This document shows positions 58,319 through 64,000 of a DNA stretch of 64,000 nucleotides, one piece after another. The number at the start of each line of letters is the position of its first letter. The stretch's first letter is position 1. The DNA lies in the NCBI GenBank assembly GCA_029856365.1, contig JAHQWW010000003.1, positions 32,001-96,000 on the forward strand. Reading direction: 5' to 3'. The position numbers and the translations under genes were made by a program. The notes beneath the pieces are model-generated. The model saw only the letters and a list, made by a program, of their open reading frames with translations, made no database searches and was not told the DNA's origin. The DNA comes from Candidatus Hodarchaeota archaeon. Its GTDB lineage: Archaea; Asgardarchaeota; Heimdallarchaeia; Hodarchaeales; Hodarchaeaceae.

Positions 58319-60244
58319 ATGACATTTGAAATCGAAAAATGTGAAGGCTGGGGGCGATTGGGACTAGCTTTTGGAAAAGAAGGTTTTATCACACCAAATA
58401 TAGTAATACCTTGTTTTTTTAACAATAATTCTTCTTCTCAACAAAATTCTCTTTTGGACTTATTAAAATTCCAGGAAAACAATGCTTCTTTAACCTCTAG
58501 AAATAATGTAATAATGGATAACATAGATTTCGACTATTTTCCCTCATGTTTCATTTATCCTTCTTTACAAATGCAAGGAAAGTCTCTAAAGGAGGTTACT
58601 TGCTTTGAGGATATGTTCCCCGTGGACATAAACCAAAGCTCTAATCTAAAAGCTTCGTATCACCTTATCCCATGGGATTTACCTACAATATATTTGAATC
58701 GATATGATAAATACATACAAACTCTTAATAAAATCGAGGTACCAGAGTTAGATGATAAAATTAAGTTAATGTTAAATGTTCCATTCACACCTGAAATCCT
58801 AGAAACAGAGCTCCCACCTCTAAGGCCATCTGTTATTTCTGTGGTAAGTTTGGGAGATATTTCATCATTATTAACACATCCAAAACTTTTAATCAGATAT
58901 TTGATTCGTATAAAGTCATGGTTACCTTCTAATAAGATGCTATACGCCCCTGCAGTTCCTTCAAGTTATATTCCAATTTTGGTGTACCTAGGTATTGATT
59001 TATTTGACTTATTAATTACAGAAATGTACTCAGCGAACCCTGATCAGCAATTGGATCTAATTCTTGAACAGCAGAAGAGTAGAAAGGCTTTTTCACAGAT
59101 TCTGGATCTCACTAGAAAAGCTATAGAAACCTACAAATTAAGGGATTTAACAAGAATTTTCGCGAATTCCTATCCTTCTTTAAAGACATTATTAAGAATT
59201 AGTGATAAACAGATCCCACTTGAAGAAGGAACCCCGATTTATGGGTCTCGAACCCTCTACTGCACTGATGAAACTGATTTTACCCGTCCAGAAGTGACAC
59301 GCTTTCGTGAACGAGTACAAACTCGTTATTTTCCTCCCTCTCACACTACTGGGATCATTTTCCTCCCTTGCTCCGCTAAAAAGCCATATTCAAAATCAAA
59401 ATCACATAATATTTTTTCAAAAGTAATTCGTCAAAATTTGAAGAAAAAACGATTTTCAGTTGGAGAAGTAATTCTAACAAGCCCTTTAGGTGTTGTACCG
59501 CGAGAACTTGAGTACTCTTTTCCAGCAGCCCATTATGATATTCCAGTTATAGGAGAATGGAGTCAAATTGAGAAAAAACATCTTGAAGAAGATCTCGTAT
59601 ATTTTTTAAGTAAAATCAAACCTTCTATTCCGCTTGTGGGATATGTTAAAGGAATTGAACGTGATATATTGAAAAAAGTGTGTAAACTACATAATCGTTC
59701 GATATACCTCATAACTCAAGATACAACATCATTATATTCAAAAGAAGCTCTCAAAGAATTTTCAGCAATTCTCCAAGAGATTTGGCTAAACATTTCCTAT
59801 AAGCCTAAAATCCCTAATCGACTCATGTTCCTAAGAGCAATTGCTGATTTTCAATTCGGAAAAGGGATTGGACAAGTTCTTATTCCTGATCATGTCAAAA
59901 TTTACGGTCGAAAAGAACTTGGTATCAGAGTTCAGCTTAATAACAAACATCTACTCACATTTCGTCCAGAAACAGGTTATCTCACCTTATCCCTTACTGC
60001 AGGAAAACTGTTATTAGATTACAGTTGTAACTTAGTGACATTTGACGGTCAGAAGATCATTGGTTCTACAATATTCTCAAAAGCTATAATCATGGCAGAT
60101 CCAGAGATACGTCAAAATGATGAAGTTCTTATTACAGATAGAAATGGGGAATTATTAGCTGTTGGTATTGCACATTTACCAGGAAAACTTTTAGTTGAAA
60201 TGAAAAGGGGAAAAGGGGTTACTATTCGGCAAAAGGTGAATTAA
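58319..60244 (+). CDS. arcS: archaeosine synthase subunit alpha (TGT-like, DUF5591, PUA)
   Basis: 'LPCSAKKPYSKSKSH', 'TSPLGVVPRELE..FPAAHYDIPV.GEW', 'ADFQFG', PUA domain. Confidence 0.93.
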   Translation: MTFEIEKCEGWGRLGLAFGKEGFITPNIVIPCFFNNNSSSQQNSLLDLLKFQENNASLTSRNNVIMDNIDFDYFPSCFIYPSLQMQGKSLKEVTCFEDMFPVDINQSSNLKASYHLIPWDLPTIYLNRYDKYIQTLNKIEVPELDDKIKLMLNVPFTPEILETELPPLRPSVISVVSLGDISSLLTHPKLLIRYLIRIKSWLPSNKMLYAPAVPSSYIPILVYLGIDLFDLLITEMYSANPDQQLDLILEQQKSRKAFSQILDLTRKAIETYKLRDLTRIFANSYPSLKTLLRISDKQIPLEEGTPIYGSRTLYCTDETDFTRPEVTRFRERVQTRYFPPSHTTGIIFLPCSAKKPYSKSKSHNIFSKVIRQNLKKKRFSVGEVILTSPLGVVPRELEYSFPAAHYDIPVIGEWSQIEKKHLEEDLVYFLSKIKPSIPLVGYVKGIERDILKKVCKLHNRSIYLITQDTTSLYSKEALKEFSAILQEIWLNISYKPKIPNRLMFLRAIADFQFGKGIGQVLIPDHVKIYGRKELGIRVQLNNKHLLTFRPETGYLTLSLTAGKLLLDYSCNLVTFDGQKIIGSTIFSKAIIMADPEIRQNDEVLITDRNGELLAVGIAHLPGKLLVEMKRGKGVTIRQKVN

Positions 60245-60245
60245 G

Positions 60246-61343
60246 ATGCCTCAAGAAAGAAACCAGCTTTTAGCTTCAACGGTTTTTAATTTACGTCAAG
60301 AATACTTAAGTAAACGACCTCCAGATTTTCAACCAAAATTATGGAGTACTAAAACTGAAACAAGAAAAAGTATTGTAATAACTATGGTAATCCCAACAAG
60401 AGGATGTAGTTGGGCTTTTTCAGATAGTGGAGGATGTTCCGTTTGTGGTTATGTAAACGATTCCTCTTATGATCAAGTTATTCCGACCCAAAAAATTCTT
60501 GAGGAAATTAATCTTTCCTTGAGTCAGGTCGACTCTAGTAAGCCCATTGAATATAAGTTGTATAATTCAGGGAGTTTTTTTGACGAAAATGACGTTCCAC
60601 AGAGATTACGATCACAAATTATTGATCTAATTAGGAAAACAAATGGAATTCTTAAATTAAGTGTTGAAAGTAGGCCAGAATATCTCATAAATAATCAAAA
60701 AGCTATCAAAAAAGTAAAAGAAATGCTAGAACCCATTAAACTAGAAATTGGCGTGGGGATTGAAAGCTCAAATAACGCTATCATAAGAGACTGTTGGAAT
60801 AAAGGATTTTCTGTTGAAGATTATCAGAGAAGCGTACAAATAACTCGAACACTGGGTATTCGGATTAAAAGTTATATTCTAATAAAACCTCCCTTTTTAA
60901 CTGAGGTAGAGGCAATAATTGATGCAATAAAGACAGCTTGTGACACAGTGGAATTTGGAACTGATGTTATTTCATTCAATCCCTGTAATATCCAAAAAGG
61001 AACACTAGTCAACCATTTACACAAACAAGACCGTTATCAACCTCCTTGGATATGGTCTGTGTTATATATTGTAAAAACAATTCGAAAAAAGTATCCAAAT
61101 GTCGAGATAATTTGCGAACCGACTGCAGGAGGAAAGCACCGAGGAACTCATAATTGCGGGAAATGCGATAAAACCGTCATTGACCTTGTTGACAAGATTA
61201 TTAATAAGAAAAAGATACCTGATGATCTTTCTACAATCTGCTCCTGTTTTTTAAAATGGAGAATCCTAGTAAAAACCCCAATTGAGATATTTCGCTCAAG
61301 AAATCTGTCACGGTTGCGACGATTTGATCCTCTAAATGAGTAA
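60246..61343 (+). CDS. raSEA: archaeosine biosynthesis radical SAM enzyme
   Basis: 'TRGCSW...GGCSVCGY', 'NSGSFFD..DVP', 'ESRPE', 'KPPFLTE', 'YQPPWIWS', 'RGTHNCG.CD'; 1 bp after arcS. Confidence 0.93.
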   Translation: MPQERNQLLASTVFNLRQEYLSKRPPDFQPKLWSTKTETRKSIVITMVIPTRGCSWAFSDSGGCSVCGYVNDSSYDQVIPTQKILEEINLSLSQVDSSKPIEYKLYNSGSFFDENDVPQRLRSQIIDLIRKTNGILKLSVESRPEYLINNQKAIKKVKEMLEPIKLEIGVGIESSNNAIIRDCWNKGFSVEDYQRSVQITRTLGIRIKSYILIKPPFLTEVEAIIDAIKTACDTVEFGTDVISFNPCNIQKGTLVNHLHKQDRYQPPWIWSVLYIVKTIRKKYPNVEIICEPTAGGKHRGTHNCGKCDKTVIDLVDKIINKKKIPDDLSTICSCFLKWRILVKTPIEIFRSRNLSRLRRFDPLNE

Positions 61344-61349
61344 ATACAT

Positions 61350-62510
61350 TTATTTCAAAGAAGAAAGAGTTTTTAACAGCTCATCATTGTCCTCAAAAAC
61401 ATAATCCTTGTCTATTAACTTCTCAAGTTCATATAAAACTTTTTTAGATGTTTTATTCAGCTTCTTGGGAAATTTCACGATAATTCCTATGTGCATATCT
61501 CCTTTCTGGGAGCTATTTGGATATGGAGCACCTTTATTACGAAGTGTTATGATCTTTCCATGTTCTGTTCCTGGATCTATTTTAATTGTTTCTTTCCCAT
61601 CTATAGTGGGAACTTCAACCTTTGTACCTAGAATAGCATCAATAAAACTGATGGGATATTCTATAAGAATATCAGAGCCATTTCTATGGAAAAAAGGATG
61701 TTCTTCTACTGAAACAACGAGGTATAGATCTCCTGATGGTCCTCCTAGTTCTCCTGGCCGGCCTTCTCCCTGAATAACGACTCGCATACCGCTATCTACA
61801 CCTGCAGGAATTTCAGCATTGACATTTCGAAATTGCTTTACCTTTCCAATACCATTACACGTATTACATTCTGCACCTTTGGGAAGACTTTTGCCCTCTC
61901 CGTGACATGTTGGGCACGTAGATATATTAACAATTTGACCAAACGCGGAACGTTGAATCCTACGGATTTCTCCAGTTCCTTGACATGTGTCACAATTTTT
62001 CAATGATTTTCCTTCTTTTACTTTCATACCATGGCAAGTTGGACACTGTGCCCAATTAGGAACTTTTATTTTCTTTTTTAATCCTTTCATTGCTTCATCA
62101 AAGGATATTTCCAGATTTAAACGCACATCCTGTCCTCGTCTTGCTCTAGGACGTGATGTTCGGGCACGGGAACCCCCACCAAAGGCACTGAATAAATCAT
62201 CGAAGATTCCAAAGCCACCAAAGAGATCATCAAAACTAATCCCAGAGAAATCTCTAAATGGGGTTCCTGACAATCCTTCATGACCAAAACGATCATAAGT
62301 AGCACGTTTGTCGTTATCTGAAAGAACTTCAAACGCTTCAGCTACTTCTTTAAATTTTTCTTCAGCATTTGGATCATCAGGTTTCATGTCAGGATGATAT
62401 TTCCTAGCGAGATTACGAAATGCCTTCTTTATTGTTTTTAAATCAGCATCTCTAGAAACTCCCAAGACTTCGTAATAATCTCTTCTAATCTTCTCGCTCA
62501 GCACTTTCAC
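61350..62510 (-). CDS. dnaJ: chaperone DnaJ
   Basis: J domain with HPD, G/F region, four CxxCxG motifs. Confidence 0.97.
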   Translation of the reverse strand: MKVLSEKIRRDYYEVLGVSRDADLKTIKKAFRNLARKYHPDMKPDDPNAEEKFKEVAEAFEVLSDNDKRATYDRFGHEGLSGTPFRDFSGISFDDLFGGFGIFDDLFSAFGGGSRARTSRPRARRGQDVRLNLEISFDEAMKGLKKKIKVPNWAQCPTCHGMKVKEGKSLKNCDTCQGTGEIRRIQRSAFGQIVNISTCPTCHGEGKSLPKGAECNTCNGIGKVKQFRNVNAEIPAGVDSGMRVVIQGEGRPGELGGPSGDLYLVVSVEEHPFFHRNGSDILIEYPISFIDAILGTKVEVPTIDGKETIKIDPGTEHGKIITLRNKGAPYPNSSQKGDMHIGIIVKFPKKLNKTSKKVLYELEKLIDKDYVFEDNDELLKTLSSLK

Positions 62511-62543
62511 CTAGCTTGGATTTCTAATTTTTGAAATCTTTAT

Positions 62544-64000
62544 TTAATCATCGTCTACTATTTCATAATCAACATCAACAACTTCAGAGTCATCGGCTCC
62601 ACTTGGGGCGCCTTGAAAACCAGACGCACCCGCCTGCTGAGCTTGGGTCTGAGCCTGTTGAGCTGTTTGTTGTGCATATAGTTTTTGAGCGAGTTCGTGA
62701 GTAATTCTTTCTAGTTCCTCACTTTCTTTTTTAATTTCAGAGACATTACTTCCTGTCAACGCTTTTTTCACGACTTCAATCTGGTTTTCAGCTCTTGAAC
62801 GTAAATTAGTATCAACTTGGGCTCCTAAATCTTTTATGAGTTTCTCTGATTGATAAACTAATGAATCTGCTTTATTCCGAGTCTCTGCTTCTTCAAGGCG
62901 CTTCTCATCTTCTTCTTCGTAATTAGCTGCCTCATGAACCATCCGTTCAAAATCCTTCTTGGTGAGCCCGCTTTCACTCTTTATAGTAATTTTTTGTTCG
63001 TTTCCAGTCCCAAGATCCTTTGCAGAGACGTTGACAATCCCGTTTGCATCGATATCAAAAGTTACTTCTATTTGTGGAACTCCTCGGGGAGCAGGAGGAA
63101 TACCAACAAGTTGAAACCTACCTAAAGTTATGTTATTTGATGCCATTTTACGCTCACCTTGTAATACGTGAACTTCGACAGATGGTTGATTATCTGCTGC
63201 TGTAGAGAATATTTGACTTTTTTTAGTGGGAATAGTAGTATTTCTTTCAATTAATCTTGTAAAGACTCCGCCTAATGTCTCTATACCAAGTGAAAGAGGA
63301 GTTACATCAAGTAGCAACACATCCTTCACGTCTCCCATTAAGATTCCAGCCTGAATAGCAGCACCTAAAGCAACACACTCATCAGGATTGATTTCTTTAG
63401 TTAACTCTTTTTTATAGTAGGTTTTTAACGCAGATTGAACAGCAGGTACTCTAGTTGAACCACCAACAAGTAGGATTTTATCAATATCGGAAGGTTGTAG
63501 TTTCGCGTCCTGCATTGCTTGGTGAGTAGGCCCCATAGCAGCCTCGATTAGATCAGCTATCATTATCTCGAATTTAGAACGTGATAATGTAAGGTTTAGA
63601 TGCTTTGGGCCAGTATTATCAGCATAAATATATGGTAAGTTAATATCAGCAGATGTTTTTTGTGATAGTTCAATCTTGGCTTGCTCAGCTGCATCCTTTA
63701 AACGCTGCAATGCCATTGGATCTTTTGAGAGATCTAATCCGGTTTGATTCTTGAATTCTTCAACCATCCAATCCATTATTCTTTGATCAAAATCATCCCC
63801 TCCTAGGCGATTATTGCCCGAAGTAGCCTTTACCTCGAAAACACCTTCTGATAACTCCAAAATCGAGACATCAAATGTGCCTCCTCCTAAATCGAAGACC
63901 AAAACAGTTTGTTCTTCCTCTTTATCAATTCCATAAGCCAATGAGGCACTTGTTGGCTCATTGATAATACGAAGTACCTCCATTCCTGCAATTCGTCCAG
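62544..64000 (-). CDS. dnaK: chaperone DnaK (5' part outside window)
   Basis: 'IINEPT', 'DLGGGTFD', 'VGGSTR', '[10 protein letters not shown]', 'TAADNQ'. Confidence 0.98.
   Translation of the reverse strand, partial: GRIAGMEVLRIINEPTSASLAYGIDKEEEQTVLVFDLGGGTFDVSILELSEGVFEVKATSGNNRLGGDDFDQRIMDWMVEEFKNQTGLDLSKDPMALQRLKDAAEQAKIELSQKTSADINLPYIYADNTGPKHLNLTLSRSKFEIMIADLIEAAMGPTHQAMQDAKLQPSDIDKILLVGGSTRVPAVQSALKTYYKKELTKEINPDECVALGAAIQAGILMGDVKDVLLLDVTPLSLGIETLGGVFTRLIERNTTIPTKKSQIFSTAADNQPSVEVHVLQGERKMASNNITLGRFQLVGIPPAPRGVPQIEVTFDIDANGIVNVSAKDLGTGNEQKITIKSESGLTKKDFERMVHEAANYEEEDEKRLEEAETRNKADSLVYQSEKLIKDLGAQVDTNLRSRAENQIEVVKKALTGSNVSEIKKESEELERITHELAQKLYAQQTAQQAQTQAQQAGASGFQGAPSGADDSEVVDVDYEIVDDD

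Noticed and set aside
58319-61343. arcS-raSEA pair as a novel system
   Set aside because: Established archaeosine biosynthesis pair.
1286-63125. Short ORFs in the track overlapping longer genes (e.g. 12973-13392, 44429-44815, 47498-47872, 61408-61773)
   Set aside because: Antisense or alternate-frame shadows of well-supported CDSs, with no motifs.

Overview
AT-rich archaeal chromosomal DNA from an Asgard archaeon, most likely Heimdallarchaeia (possibly Hodarchaeales). The basis is archaeal housekeeping genes (ArcS/RaSEA, NreA, EndoQ, MptA, TrpB2, ribose-1,5-bisphosphate isomerase, Cdc48, archaeal-size SRP RNA, dnaK-dnaJ) mixed with many eukaryotic-signature proteins (Arf- and Rab-like GTPases, roadblock/longin domains, RING, Yip1, a CINP-like protein, a tubulin-family protein). 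There are about 57 CDSs, one SRP RNA, one small pseudogene and two candidate structured RNAs. No CRISPR array, tRNA, rRNA or transposase was seen. Most notable: (1) a set of longin/roadblock-tagged proteins, including an apparently dead FtsZ-longin fusion, a dead MinD/ParA-longin fusion, an Arf-roadblock fusion and a folliculin/SMCR8-like longin that keeps the GAP arginine-finger motif; (2) a four-gene cluster around a divergent tubulin with eukaryote-like C-terminal helices and a 1172-aa helical-repeat protein; (3) a membrane receptor-like protein with an extracellular beta-sandwich region and a cytoplasmic HEPN RNase motif; (4) a protein resembling both CINP and C1orf109. All family assignments come from motif recognition and remembered reference sequences, not from database searches.
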